This document shows positions 8,574 to 18,685 of a DNA stretch of 41,568 nt, in pieces. A program made the position numbers and the translations under genes. Each line of letters begins with the position of its first letter. The stretch's first letter is position 1. Under the pieces are notes generated by a model, which saw nothing but the letters and a program-made list of their open reading frames with translations, searched no databases and was not told where the DNA came from. Source of the stretch: Chamaesiphon sp. (GTDB lineage Bacteria; Cyanobacteriota; Cyanobacteriia; Cyanobacteriales; Chamaesiphonaceae); assembly GCA_965246715.1 (NCBI GenBank), contig CBDFFH010000013.1, positions 1 to 41,568 of the forward strand. Direction: 5' to 3'.

Positions 8574-11495
8574 ATGAATCCTCTATTAATTCTCGTCGAT
8601 GGACATTCCTTGGCTTATCGTTCTTACTTTGCATATGCCAAGAGTAAAAGCGGCGGATTGACGACTTCGGCGGGAGTACCGACGAGTATTTGTTTTGGAT
8701 TTGTCAAGGCATTGGTTGAGATTATTAATAGTCAAAAACCGGATTCAATGGCGATCGCGTTTGACTTACGCGCGCCGACATTCAGACATGAAGCTGATGA
8801 TAATTATAAAGCCGATCGAGTGGAAACGCCGGAAGATTTCACGATCGATATTCAGAACCTATACCAACTGTTGACAGCGTTAAATTTACCGACGATTACG
8901 GCGGTGGGATTTGAGGCGGATGATGTGTTGGGGACGCTGGCGAGGCGAGCTAGCCGCGAGGGTTATCAGGTGAAGATCTTGTCTGGCGATAAGGATATGT
9001 TTCAACTGGTGAGCGATCGCGATCGAGTAAGTGTGTTATATCTATCTTCAGCTTACGCTCAAAGTGGCCCTTCAGTAGCGGAGATGAACGAGCAGGCTGT
9101 ATTCGATAAAATGGGGGTGACTGCGGCGCAGATTATCGACTATAAGGCGTTGTGTGGGGATAAGTCGGATAGTATTCCTGGCGTGCGGGGAATTGGTGAT
9201 AAAACGGCAGTGAAGTTGTTGAATGAATATGGAGATCTTCAGACTATTTACGATCGAGTGGAGGAGATTCCTGGTGCGAATGGGAAGAAGCTGATTGCGG
9301 GTAAGGATGACGCAATGCACTCCCAATATTTAGCGAAGATTATTACCGATGTACCGCTAGAAGTCGAGTTGCGGGAGACGAAATTAACTGGGTTTGATTT
9401 CACGCAGGTGCAGCCAATCTTACAGACATTGGAACTGAATCGATTTAGTAAGGATATCGAGAAACTTCAGGAGGCTTTTGGGGGTGCAGCGGCTCCTACA
9501 CCTGAGAGTATTAATAGTCCCCACGAGGCAATTCATGAGATTGTCACGCCGCACGGATCGATCGTGACTGATGATGGTGGTGACGATTTATGGTTTTTTA
9601 GTGCTGAAGATACTGATAAATTTCAAGTCAGTAAGCTGTCACCGATTCAACCGCAGATCGTTGATACTGAAGCTAAATTACAAGCTTTAATAACCAATCT
9701 CCAGCAACATAAAGATCCAGATCGTCCCGTTGCTTGGGATACGGAAACTACCGATCTAGAACCGCGCAATGCGAATTTAGTCGGGATTGGTTGCTGCTGG
9801 GGTATGGAAACTAATAGCATGGCATATATCCCAATTGGACATGAGACGGGCGAGAATTTAGATCTAGAATTAGTCCTGACAAATCTCAAACCAATTCTCG
9901 AATCTGCAACATATCCAAAGGTATTGCAGAATGCTAAATTCGATCGATTGGTATTTAAAAACCAAGGTGTTAACCTCCAAGGCGTTGTCTTCGATACGAT
10001 GCTGGCGAGCTATGTCTTAAATCCAGATAGCAGCCACAACCTCACCGATTTATCCAGCCGCTATCTGAGCATCGTCCCTCAGAGTTATGATGACTTAGTA
10101 CCAAAGGGAAAAACTATTGCAAATATCAGTATCCCCGCCGTGGCTGAATATTGTGGGATGGATGTCTGGGGTACCTATCGCCTCCACGATATTCTCAAAG
10201 CCGAATTAGCCGCCGCGCCGAAGCTACTCGCACTCCTGCAAGAGATCGAACTCCCTCTCGAACCGATTCTCGCCAATATGGAAGATCGGGGGATTAATAT
10301 CGATGCTGAATACTTGAAGACACTCTCTAACGTCTTAGCTGAAGATTTAGCCAAAATCGAAGAACAAACCTACGTACTGGCTGGTGAAAAATTCAATCTC
10401 GGTTCGCCCAAACAATTGGGACATATCTTATTTGAAAAACTCGGTTTAGATACCAAAAGTATCCGCAAAACTCAATCCGGCTACTCCACCGATGTTAATA
10501 CCCTGGAAAAATTGCAAGGCAAACATGAAGTCGTCGATCTGATTCTCCAACACCGTACTTTCTCCAAACTCAAATCCACCTATGTTGATGCGTTACCCAC
10601 ATTAATCCACCCCAAAACAGGCAGAGTTCACACCGATTTCAATCAAGCCGTCACCACCACGGGACGACTTTCATCATCCAATCCCAACCTCCAAAATATC
10701 CCGATTCGTACCGAATTTAGTCGCCAAATTCGTCGTGCTTTTATCCCCGCTCCTGGCTGGCTGCTCGCCGCAGTTGACTACTCTCAAATCGAACTCCGCA
10801 TCCTCGCTCACCTCAGTCAAGAACCCGTTTTAATTACCGCATATAACCAAAACGAAGATATCCATACCGTCACTGCTAAACTATTGTTTGAAAGCGATAC
10901 CGTCACCAGCGAACAACGCCGGATGGGTAAGATTATTAACTTCGGTGTTGTTTATGGCATGGGTGCGGCTAGATTCGGGCGAGAAACTGGTATAAAAGCT
11001 AGTGAAGCCAAAGTCTTCATCGACAAGTTTTACGATCGATATCCAGGCATTTTTGACTATTTAGAGCGTGTCAAAAGAGAAGCGATCGCGTTAGGATATG
11101 TGGAAACTGTCTGCGGACGGCGGCGGTATTTCCGGTTTGAAAGTGGTAAATTGCGCGGTTTAAAAGGCAGCGATCCTAATAGCATCGATCTGGATAATCT
11201 CGGCAATCTCGGACAAGTAGATGCTGGACATTTACGCGCAGCAGCAAATGCCCCGATTCAGGGTTCGAGTGCGGATATTATTAAGTTGGCGATGATTAAA
11301 ATCGATAAGTTATTGGAGCAATATCAAGCGAAGATGTTGTTGCAAGTACATGATGAATTGGTGTTGGAAATTCCCCAAGATGAGTGGGAGGAGTTGCAGC
11401 CAAAGATTAAAGCGACGATGGAAAATGCGATCGATCTGAGTGTGCCAATGGTGGCGGAGATTGGTAGTGGTGCTAATTGGATGGAGGCTAAATAA
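8574..11495 (+). CDS. polA: DNA polymerase I
   Basis: 5'-3' exo (VDGHSL, EADDV, GDKSD.IPGV.GIG.KTA), 3'-5' exo (WDTET, NAKFD), polymerase motifs DYSQIELR, K.INFG..YG, QVHDELV. Confidence 0.99.
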   Translation: MNPLLILVDGHSLAYRSYFAYAKSKSGGLTTSAGVPTSICFGFVKALVEIINSQKPDSMAIAFDLRAPTFRHEADDNYKADRVETPEDFTIDIQNLYQLLTALNLPTITAVGFEADDVLGTLARRASREGYQVKILSGDKDMFQLVSDRDRVSVLYLSSAYAQSGPSVAEMNEQAVFDKMGVTAAQIIDYKALCGDKSDSIPGVRGIGDKTAVKLLNEYGDLQTIYDRVEEIPGANGKKLIAGKDDAMHSQYLAKIITDVPLEVELRETKLTGFDFTQVQPILQTLELNRFSKDIEKLQEAFGGAAAPTPESINSPHEAIHEIVTPHGSIVTDDGGDDLWFFSAEDTDKFQVSKLSPIQPQIVDTEAKLQALITNLQQHKDPDRPVAWDTETTDLEPRNANLVGIGCCWGMETNSMAYIPIGHETGENLDLELVLTNLKPILESATYPKVLQNAKFDRLVFKNQGVNLQGVVFDTMLASYVLNPDSSHNLTDLSSRYLSIVPQSYDDLVPKGKTIANISIPAVAEYCGMDVWGTYRLHDILKAELAAAPKLLALLQEIELPLEPILANMEDRGINIDAEYLKTLSNVLAEDLAKIEEQTYVLAGEKFNLGSPKQLGHILFEKLGLDTKSIRKTQSGYSTDVNTLEKLQGKHEVVDLILQHRTFSKLKSTYVDALPTLIHPKTGRVHTDFNQAVTTTGRLSSSNPNLQNIPIRTEFSRQIRRAFIPAPGWLLAAVDYSQIELRILAHLSQEPVLITAYNQNEDIHTVTAKLLFESDTVTSEQRRMGKIINFGVVYGMGAARFGRETGIKASEAKVFIDKFYDRYPGIFDYLERVKREAIALGYVETVCGRRRYFRFESGKLRGLKGSDPNSIDLDNLGNLGQVDAGHLRAAANAPIQGSSADIIKLAMIKIDKLLEQYQAKMLLQVHDELVLEIPQDEWEELQPKIKATMENAIDLSVPMVAEIGSGANWMEAK

Positions 11496-11547
11496 ATAGG
11501 TTGTGAAGTCAAGCTAAAATATGTAATGAATCGATTAAGGCTAATTA

Positions 11548-11800
11548 ATGGGCAGCGAACCACCAGAGTTTGAGCAAGATGAATCAAAATCCTTGCCGAT
11601 CGTTCAAATAGACCTTACACCTGAATTCTACAGAGATATCCGTGACTTAAACAAACGTTATCCTAATATTCGCAACGATCTCCAGTCTGTAATTCAGGAT
11701 TTGGAGATTAGTGATTTTGTAGGCGATCGCATTGCCGGAATTGGCAAAGGCTATGTATGTTGAAAGTAAGAGTACGGAATCGAGATATTCAAAATTGTTA
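11548..11800 (+). pseudogene. RelE/HigB-like toxin remnant (frameshifted, truncated, no antitoxin)
   Basis: TPEFYRDIRDLNKRYPNIRNDL...GDRIAGIG, then KVRVRNRDIQ in a shifted frame. Confidence 0.65.
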
Positions 11801-11835
11801 AAATGTGGGAATCGAGCGATCTTCAGCAATAAAGT

Positions 11836-11869
11836 CGATCGATCTGAGTGTGCCGATGGTGGCGGAGAT
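11836..11869 (+). repeat. 34-bp duplicate of the polA 3' end
   Basis: CGATCGATCTGAGTGTGCCGATGGTGGCGGAGAT versus 11428-11461 (1 mismatch). Confidence 0.92.
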
Positions 11870-12022
11870 GTCTCTAGCGCGTAGTGTCTATTCTACCAAA
11901 ACATTAGCGTGATGCTAATGGCATGCAGAAATACCGCAAAAGATAGAGGATAGATCGACCGATCGTTAGCTAGCATTCGATTAGCAGTCGTTACACACAA
12001 AAAAAATTGGGAGCAATAAGTC

Positions 12023-12238
12023 ATGTCAACTGAGTTTCAAAAAGGCGACAAAGTGCAATGGGAAAGCTCTCAAGGCACGATCGAAGGTACTGTAGAAAAG
12101 AAATTAACCGAGCCAATCGACATCAACAAGCATCATGTCGATGCCTCCAAAGGCGATCCTCAATATCTAGTAAAAAGTGACAAAACGGGCAAAGAAGCAG
12201 CACACAAACCTCAATCTTTGAGCCAACTGGAGGATTAG
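12023..12238 (+). CDS. DUF2945-like (Tudor-like) small protein
   Basis: FQKGDKVQWESSQGTIEG...ASKGDPQYLVKSDKTGKEAAHKP. Confidence 0.85.
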   Translation: MSTEFQKGDKVQWESSQGTIEGTVEKKLTEPIDINKHHVDASKGDPQYLVKSDKTGKEAAHKPQSLSQLED

Positions 12239-12241
12239 ATT

Positions 12242-12580
12242 GTGGGTGAAGATCGCAAGTCGATTATCAAGGATTTTCATCAAGTGGTGAACATGAGTCC
12301 CAATCAGTTGTCAAGCTGGTTAGAAACTGAGGATTCTCGGGAAGTGGGGCAGAAACAGGACGATGAAACTGAATCGACCGGACATAAATCGGGGCGGCAA
12401 ATTGTGGAGTTGTTGAAGCGGAATGAGTCTGACTACAGTGAGGATGAGATCGCCCACATGCGGAAGGTTGTCAGTTACGTCCGACGGCATTCGGCACAGC
12501 GTCCGCATGGCGATGTAGAGAATACACGGTGGCGATTTTCGTTGATGAATTGGGGCCACGATCCCTTGCAAGATGAATAG
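12242..12580 (+). CDS. DUF3140-like protein
   Basis: VNM...L..WL...ES.GH.SGR.I...HMRKVVSYV.RH.AQRP...WR.SLMNWGHDP. Confidence 0.88.
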   Translation: MGEDRKSIIKDFHQVVNMSPNQLSSWLETEDSREVGQKQDDETESTGHKSGRQIVELLKRNESDYSEDEIAHMRKVVSYVRRHSAQRPHGDVENTRWRFSLMNWGHDPLQDE

Positions 12581-12845
12581 ATTGGGAATAGGGAGTAGAT
12601 TTTGGGACGCAAGTGTCCTTTTTATTCTCTCCCCGTCCCTCCGTCTCTCACCCTTTTCTATGTTCTGAAAACTCTAGTATCGATCGGATTATTAACCCTC
12701 TTGGTTGCTTGGATTTGATATGCAAATGAGATGATTACCAAAAGTTAAATCTGCCGCATGTGAAAGAGAATCGCGGTTTTTTTAGATCGAGAGGCTTTGA
12801 GTTTCGTAGATTGCCAACCGCGCGATTCAATAGCAACTTTGGCTA

Positions 12846-13460
12846 TTACTCAGTCCCCACCCAAGCTCGTAATACTTCCGCCACAGTCCAAGCTTGAGCG
12901 ATACAACCACGCGCGGTCATCGGCGCATTCCCGTCAAATATCTCGCTACAAGTGCCCAAACCATGTGCCAGTAAGTGATGCGATATCGGTTCCAGAAATT
13001 GTCGAGCCTGAGATCGATCGCCATCTACCTGCAAATGTGCCATCACAAACGAACCCAACAACCAACCCCAAGTCGTACCTTGATGATAGGCTCCATCGCG
13101 TTGTAACTGGTTGCCGCCGTAATGTCCTTGATATTGAGGATCGTTGGAAGCCAAAGAGCGCAAGCCGTAGGAGGTTAATAATTGCCGTCCACAGGTATCG
13201 ACAATGCTCCGCTGTCGATCGGGAGTCAAGAGCGGTACATAGCCCTTCGTGCCGATTCCTGGTAATGACACGGCAAAGATTTGATTCGGACGTAATTATA
13301 TTCCGGTACGTCACCCGACCAATCGCTAGATCCAAGTCGGACGATCTTGGCTATGGTCGATCGTTTCAGATCGATTCTGTTTCCCATTGGTGACTAGCCA
13401 CTCTCGCGTTTGCGCACTACTGATGTCGCCACAAATTTCTCGTCCAAATTCGATGTTCAT
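12846..13460 (-). pseudogene. Glycogen debranching enzyme (amylo-alpha-1,6-glucosidase) with a large internal deletion
   Basis: N-terminus MNIEFGREICGDISSAQTREWLVTNG (ATG 13460) joined, via stops, to C-terminus PNQIFAVSL...YGLRSL...YHQGT.W.WL...EIFDG...AQAWTVAE. Confidence 0.85.
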
Positions 13461-13608
13461 TTTGCAATTTACTCAAATATTTCAGATTTAGCTGAAGTGC
13501 TTGTCTTAGACAGCGGAAAGCTTTAGCAGCCAATTTTCCCGTTTTGGCACAGTAATGTCACATCTTGCCAAATGAAATGTCAGGCTACGATCGTTTTGTG
13601 AGAAAGTG

Positions 13609-13679
13609 CTGAGATTTAACTGAGTATCATTTCAGTATAAATTCAGGAAATCGATCGGTCGAGTTCAGAGAGCTTTCAG
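13609..13679. promoter_or_regulatory. Phased pentamer boxes (CTGAG/TTCAG) on an 11-bp period; putative OmpR-family binding array
   Basis: CTGAG at 13609 and 13620; TTCAG at 13631, 13642, 13664 and 13675. Confidence 0.55.
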
Positions 13680-13757
13680 TAGTAGCTGCGATAGTTAAAT
13701 CAGTGAGCCAATCGGGTTTGCCTGAAACACATTCTATCGATATTCATTCGGAATTTT

Positions 13758-14123
13758 ATGAAATTAACTGCTTTAGTTACAAGTGTTGCAATGTTGGGCT
13801 TAGTTACTGTCGGTCATGTTACACCTGGGACATTCGCACCATCGATCGGGATAGTTGTCAGTGCTGCTGAAAGCCCATCATTACAAGAAAAAATATCACT
13901 AGTTACTAAAAACAAGGGTCAGATTGGTGGTGGCGACCAACTACGTCGGTTCTTCTATGGGGATTTGGAACCGCTGGGAGTTCAACCTGGTGGCGCAGGT
14001 ATGGTTGTCAATTTATACAACAAAGCGAATAATGTCACGTTCTCTTATTGTGCTACTTACGATGTGGTAGTTGCTGTCAAAAAAGGGAGAGTAACTACAT
14101 TTCCAGCAAATGAAGTTAAGTAA
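13758..14123 (+). CDS. Secreted hypothetical protein
   Basis: Signal-peptide-like N-terminus; 121-aa ORF followed by a hairpin. Confidence 0.75.
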   Translation: MKLTALVTSVAMLGLVTVGHVTPGTFAPSIGIVVSAAESPSLQEKISLVTKNKGQIGGGDQLRRFFYGDLEPLGVQPGGAGMVVNLYNKANNVTFSYCATYDVVVAVKKGRVTTFPANEVK

Positions 14124-14167
14124 TAACTAAAGTTACTAGTTTGTAGTTATCAGGATGGACACTTAGT

Positions 14168-14215
14168 TAAAGGGGTAAAAGTACAACGAATTGATTCTTA
14201 CCCTTTTAATTTTTT
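14168..14215 (+). terminator. Possible intrinsic terminator
   Basis: AAAGGGGTAA...TTACCCTTTT followed by AATTTTTT. Confidence 0.4.
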
Positions 14216-14339
14216 CACTCTTGTTTTATTTAAATTATAGAAAGAATTAAACAGATCGAGTTTACTGGAGTTGGGGTGCGATCGTTATCTCCAGCTACAA
14301 AAATCATCGCTCGATATTAATACTAACCTGGAGTTTTTT

Positions 14340-15077
14340 ATGGATAGAGATACGATTTTATTGTTACATCCATTGCTTGCCATTACCGTGGTGTTTCCAT
14401 TGCTTGGGATGGTGATGAATCGAGCGATCCAAACGTATCAACGGCGGATGCAGCTAACGACTGGATCGAAAAAAAGTCCAATTTCGGCTACCACGGGGCC
14501 AGAACATGCTCGATTAGGTCGGTGGTTGACTGGAGCGGTGGTGGGCATCGTGCTATTGGCATTTGCGATCGACGTATATGGTAACATTGTAGACAAGAAA
14601 GTATGGGCACAAAATCCAGTTCGAGTCATCTTAATTAGTCTGACATTTGTGGCAGAGATCGCCTCATTAGCAATACTTTATCGTGCGAAAACCAGACTGT
14701 GGCGGATCGTATTCTCCATTCTTGCCAGTTTCGCTCTAATCGTTATCGGCAGTCAGGATGGGGTCTATCGTAAAACAGAACAGTGGTATATCTCTCATTA
14801 TTATTATGGAATAACTGCTGCATTATTGATGATTTTTTCTCTAGCGATCGTTAGAGAGATTTACCAGGATCGTACCAATCGGTGGCGGACTCTTCATATA
14901 GTTTTAAATTCCTTTGCACTCCTCCTATTTATCGGTCAGGCATTCACTGGCACTCAGGCATTACTAGAAGTTCCCCTTGCTTGGCAGAAGCCTTATGTGG
15001 AAAAGCTCTACGAGCAGCAATGCAACAAAACACCCTGTACCGTTCGGTCGGCTCCAGCTCTAAAAATGCCCGAATAA
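14340..15077 (+). CDS. Multi-pass membrane protein (DUF4079-like)
   Basis: LLHP...H.RLGRWLTG...SHYYYG...WR.LHI.LN....LLF.GQ..TG; ATG 14340 after GGAG. Confidence 0.75.
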   Translation: MDRDTILLLHPLLAITVVFPLLGMVMNRAIQTYQRRMQLTTGSKKSPISATTGPEHARLGRWLTGAVVGIVLLAFAIDVYGNIVDKKVWAQNPVRVILISLTFVAEIASLAILYRAKTRLWRIVFSILASFALIVIGSQDGVYRKTEQWYISHYYYGITAALLMIFSLAIVREIYQDRTNRWRTLHIVLNSFALLLFIGQAFTGTQALLEVPLAWQKPYVEKLYEQQCNKTPCTVRSAPALKMPE

Positions 15078-15132
15078 CCGCACAAATACAGATAATGAGT
15101 GAATGGGTACCCGCGAGATGAAGGAAAAACAG

Positions 15133-15803
15133 ATGACAGCACATATCCTATTAGTTGAAGATGAAGTCAAACTCGCCCGCTTTATCGAACTAGAATTGGG
15201 GAGTGAATGCTATCGCGTCAGCGTGGCACACGATGGCATGACAGGGCTATCTTTGGTACGCGAGTCGGAGCCAGATCTAGCGATTTTGGATTGGATGTTG
15301 CCCGGTTTGACTGGTGTCGAACTCTGTCGCAGAATGCGATCGACTGGCATTAAAATTCCCGTGATTTTGCTCACGGCTAGAGATGAAGTCGGAGATCGCG
15401 TCACTGGTTTAGATGCGGGAGCCGACGACTATCTAGTCAAACCGTTTAGTATCGAGGAACTTTTGGCTAGAATCCGCGCTCATCTGCGGCGGACACAGGA
15501 ACCGGATGCGGATCTGTTGCAGTTTGAAGATTTGAGCTTAAATCGTCGTACTCGGGAAGTCCATCGCGGGCAAAGATCGATTTAACGGCTAAGGAATTCG
15601 ATTTGCTGCAATATTTAATGAGTCATCCGCGCCAAGTATTTACCAGAGACCAAATTCTCGAAAATATTTGGGGGTATGATTTTCTAGGCGACTCCAATAT
15701 TATCGAAGTCTACGTTCGCTATCTGCGGTTGAAGTTGGAGCAGGATCGTCAAAAGCGATTGATTCATACCGCACGCGGAGTTGGTTACTCATTGCGGGAG
15801 TAG
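15133..15803 (+). pseudogene. OmpR-family response regulator, frameshifted at ~15580
   Basis: Receiver (LLVEDE, LDWMLP, GADDYLVKPF) in one frame; winged helix (TAKEFDLL...[11 protein letters not shown]...RGVGY) in another. Confidence 0.9.
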
Positions 15804-16051
15804 CGATCGATTTCCGAGCTTGGTATATTTTAGAGATCCCCTCGTACCATCAGCATTGATAGAATGAGGATTGAGTGCAATTGCCCGATCGAAGTCGGCT
15901 AAAGCACCTTTTTAGCTGAGTTTCCGATCTGATGGCGATCGAAACTTCGATATCTGAGATCGAGTAATTTCGATCGATTCTGCAACTCCTTTTAACTTAC
16001 GATCCTTATATTAAGCATGAATAAACCTCTACTTACAGGAACGGATTTAAC

Positions 16052-16306
16052 ATGGAATCGATCGATCTTGTAGGTTATATGGCGGCAACGCTGACAACAG
16101 CAGCTTTTTTTCCGCAAGTTTTGAAGGTTTGGCAGTCCAAGTCTACCAAAGATCTGGCTTTGCCAACGCTGTTGTCATTTATTGCTGGAGTGGGAATGTG
16201 GTTTATTTATGGCTTATTAGTCAAAAGTCCGCCAATAATTATCGCCAATGCAGTCACGCTGGGGCTGAATTTAGTAATTCTACGTTTTAAACTTAAATAT
16301 GGCTAG
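16052..16306 (+). CDS. SemiSWEET / PQ-loop transporter
   Basis: LTTAAFFPQV.K.W.SKSTKDL...W.IYG...PIIIAN; 84 aa, 3 TM. Confidence 0.92.
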   Translation: MESIDLVGYMAATLTTAAFFPQVLKVWQSKSTKDLALPTLLSFIAGVGMWFIYGLLVKSPPIIIANAVTLGLNLVILRFKLKYG

Positions 16307-16469
16307 ATCGATCGAACCATTTGCCAAAATTTCAGACTAGAACAACACAGCTATTGCAGATCACCAGTTAAATATCGAGCGAATGTTTAGAGATATGGAG
16401 ATTAGAAAATATTTAACCAAGTCTAGGAAGCTTTTTTAATGGTGCTTGTTTATACTTTCCAAACATCCT

Positions 16470-17180
16470 CTAACTTTTTTTAATCAGTGTCGGAAATTGC
16501 TGGCGTAGTTGGGTGAGTTTTGGTAGATCGTATCTAACGATATAGGCTTGAGTAGGATTGCGATCGATGAAATTTTGATGGTAGTCTTCAGCCGCATAAA
16601 ACTTAGTTAGAGGTACTACTTGGGTAGCAATCGGTTTGGGGAAAACGCGAGCTTGATTCAATCGATCGATATAAGCTTTTGCTATTTTTTGCTGTTCTGC
16701 ATTAGTGAAAAATATTGCCGATCGATATTGAGTGCCACTATCTGGCTCCTGACGATTTACCTGTGTCGGATCGTGGGCAATTAGAAAGTAGATCTTCAGT
16801 AACTGTCCATAGGAGATCTGAGTGGGATCGTAGGTGATTTTGACCGCTTCTGCATGACCTGTCGAGCCACCGCTGACAGCATAATAGTTGGCATTTGCCG
16901 CAGTACCGCCAGAGTAACCAGAGATGACATTAGCAACGCCATTAAGATGTTCGAATACTGCTTCTACACCCCAGAAACAACCGCCAGCTAGAACGATAGT
17001 TTGCTCGCCTTTGACATTCGGAGTAGCAAGATCGGCAGGTGGATCGATGTTCGCTCCCGCCACCATTGCGGGTGTCGGATTGGCAGTAGAGCTAGATGAA
17101 ATCGGGGGTGACACACTACAGGCAACTGTAATTAGTGACACGATCGATATGCTTAAAAGTAGACAATAATTGCGTGACAT
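16470..17180 (-). CDS. msrA: Peptide methionine sulfoxide reductase MsrA, putative lipoprotein
   Basis: GGCFWG, TGHAE, QYRSAIF, AEDYHQ; signal peptide with TVAC lipobox from ATG 17180. Confidence 0.95.
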   Translation of the reverse strand: MSRNYCLLLSISIVSLITVACSVSPPISSSSTANPTPAMVAGANIDPPADLATPNVKGEQTIVLAGGCFWGVEAVFEHLNGVANVISGYSGGTAANANYYAVSGGSTGHAEAVKITYDPTQISYGQLLKIYFLIAHDPTQVNRQEPDSGTQYRSAIFFTNAEQQKIAKAYIDRLNQARVFPKPIATQVVPLTKFYAAEDYHQNFIDRNPTQAYIVRYDLPKLTQLRQQFPTLIKKS

Positions 17181-17236
17181 AATTGGTAACTGAGTAAATT
17201 CGATCGGATTGAATATAACTGAATGAGGATCGATCG

Positions 17237-17938
17237 CTAAATCCCACCGAACCATTCATAGCCTTGCTCTTCCCAGTAACCTTTACCACCTGTGGGGACT
17301 TGACTGACAAAGCTAACTTTTGTTACCCATTTTGATTGTTTATAGCCCAATTTAATCGGTGATGCGAGGCGGAGTGGTGCGCCATTATCATTGGGAAGGT
17401 TGTCACCATTCATTTGGTAAGCTAACAAGGTTTGCGGGTGAATGGCAGAAGCCAAATCCCAACTTTCGGTGTATTTATCTGCTGATTGAAATAAGACATA
17501 TCTAGCACTATCTTTCGGTTGCACCATTTTAGCCAGATCGCGCAATCGGAATCCTCCCCACTGGACGATCGCCGCCCAACCTTCGACGCAAACATGTTGC
17601 ATAATTATCGACCTTGGCGGAATTTGTTTTAATTCTGCTAACTTCAGTTCCATCGGAAATTTTACTTCCCCATCGACAGTCAATTGATACTCATCAGGAT
17701 CGATTTCGGGAGTACCCTCATAACTATTGAGTAGTAGAGATTTGGGATCGATCGCACTTTTAGAAAATTCAGGTATGAGCAGTTGGGGTTTGACGAGCAA
17801 TTCGCCAAATGATTGATTTAATGGTTCTGATAGCTCGCCGATCTTGGCAGTCAGTTCATTGCTACAACTACCGAGTAGATAACCGATGCTTGATATTCCT
17901 ATTAGTTGAATGGCTTGACGACGATTGAGCTGATTCAT
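17237..17938 (-). CDS. Molybdopterin-dependent oxidoreductase (sulfite oxidase/MsrP-like), Tat-exported
   Basis: NRRQAI twin-arginine; HVCVEGW; HPQTLLAY.MNG; GAPLRL..P.KLGYKQSKW. Confidence 0.9.
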   Translation of the reverse strand: MNQLNRRQAIQLIGISSIGYLLGSCSNELTAKIGELSEPLNQSFGELLVKPQLLIPEFSKSAIDPKSLLLNSYEGTPEIDPDEYQLTVDGEVKFPMELKLAELKQIPPRSIIMQHVCVEGWAAIVQWGGFRLRDLAKMVQPKDSARYVLFQSADKYTESWDLASAIHPQTLLAYQMNGDNLPNDNGAPLRLASPIKLGYKQSKWVTKVSFVSQVPTGGKGYWEEQGYEWFGGI

Positions 17939-17949
17939 ATGTTAGAAAA

Positions 17950-17967
17950 GTAGGGTGGGCAATACCG
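17950..17967 (+). repeat. Single degenerate GTAG-type REP
   Basis: GTAGGGTGGGCAATACC resembles the reverse complement of the palindrome in repeats 2 and 3. Confidence 0.5.
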
Positions 17968-18055
17968 ATTTGTTAAGTTTTAAATATTATTTAGATATTA
18001 AATGTTTCTTATTTAGAATAGTTAGAGATGGATCGAGCGATTGGATGTAAAATCT

Positions 18056-18655
18056 TCAAGGCTGAAACATCGATCGAGTTAGCCTCAATCCGCCAGCTCT
18101 GATTCCCATAATGATATGCACTAAGACAAACAATAGGGAGATTGGTACAGTCAAAAAATGGATCGTGCGTAAAGTCTGCCAATTGATAAATAACCCAGAA
18201 AGCCAATGAAATTGAGCGGGCTTGTACATTGCCAATCCCGACACGATCGCCATTAATAGCACAGGGATAATTCCGGTGTAGATGATGCGATGCCAAGCAT
18301 AAACACGTCGCTTGGGATTTTGTCCGACTTGCAATGCTTTAAGATCTTGCCCAGAAACAAACTTTTTTTTCCACCGTTGAGTAAGGAAGATATAAATCCC
18401 ATAAATTAATAAGGTAAAAGCAAATACCCACATGGTTGCAAAATGCCAATTTCTACCGCCAGCTAACCAACCGCCTAAAGTCACCCACTTCGGAAATGGT
18501 AAACCACTTTTGCCGCCAAATACTGGCGTGGCATTATAGATCTGTAAACCACTACCAATCATGATAAATAGACTGACAATAATTAAACCGTGGAGAATTT
18601 TAACGAAATTCGTCTGCGGCGGAACGGGTGGAGATTTTTTAGGTTGTTTATTCAT
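18056..18655 (-). CDS. Cytochrome b/b6-domain membrane protein (4 TM, heme His)
   Basis: ILHG, SGLQIYNA, GGRNWHF, RTIHF...LVH. Confidence 0.88.
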   Translation of the reverse strand: MNKQPKKSPPVPPQTNFVKILHGLIIVSLFIMIGSGLQIYNATPVFGGKSGLPFPKWVTLGGWLAGGRNWHFATMWVFAFTLLIYGIYIFLTQRWKKKFVSGQDLKALQVGQNPKRRVYAWHRIIYTGIIPVLLMAIVSGLAMYKPAQFHWLSGLFINWQTLRTIHFLTVPISLLFVLVHIIMGIRAGGLRLTRSMFQP

Positions 18656-18685
18656 AGTAAATATCGCTGATTTATGTCGATCTGT

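Noticed and set aside
9527..9545. GGCAATTCATGAGATTGTC in the polA linker as a REP remnant
   Set aside because: A single short imperfect palindrome with no second copy in the window
12797..13393. 198-aa + strand ORF
   Set aside because: Antisense shadow of the debranching-enzyme pseudogene
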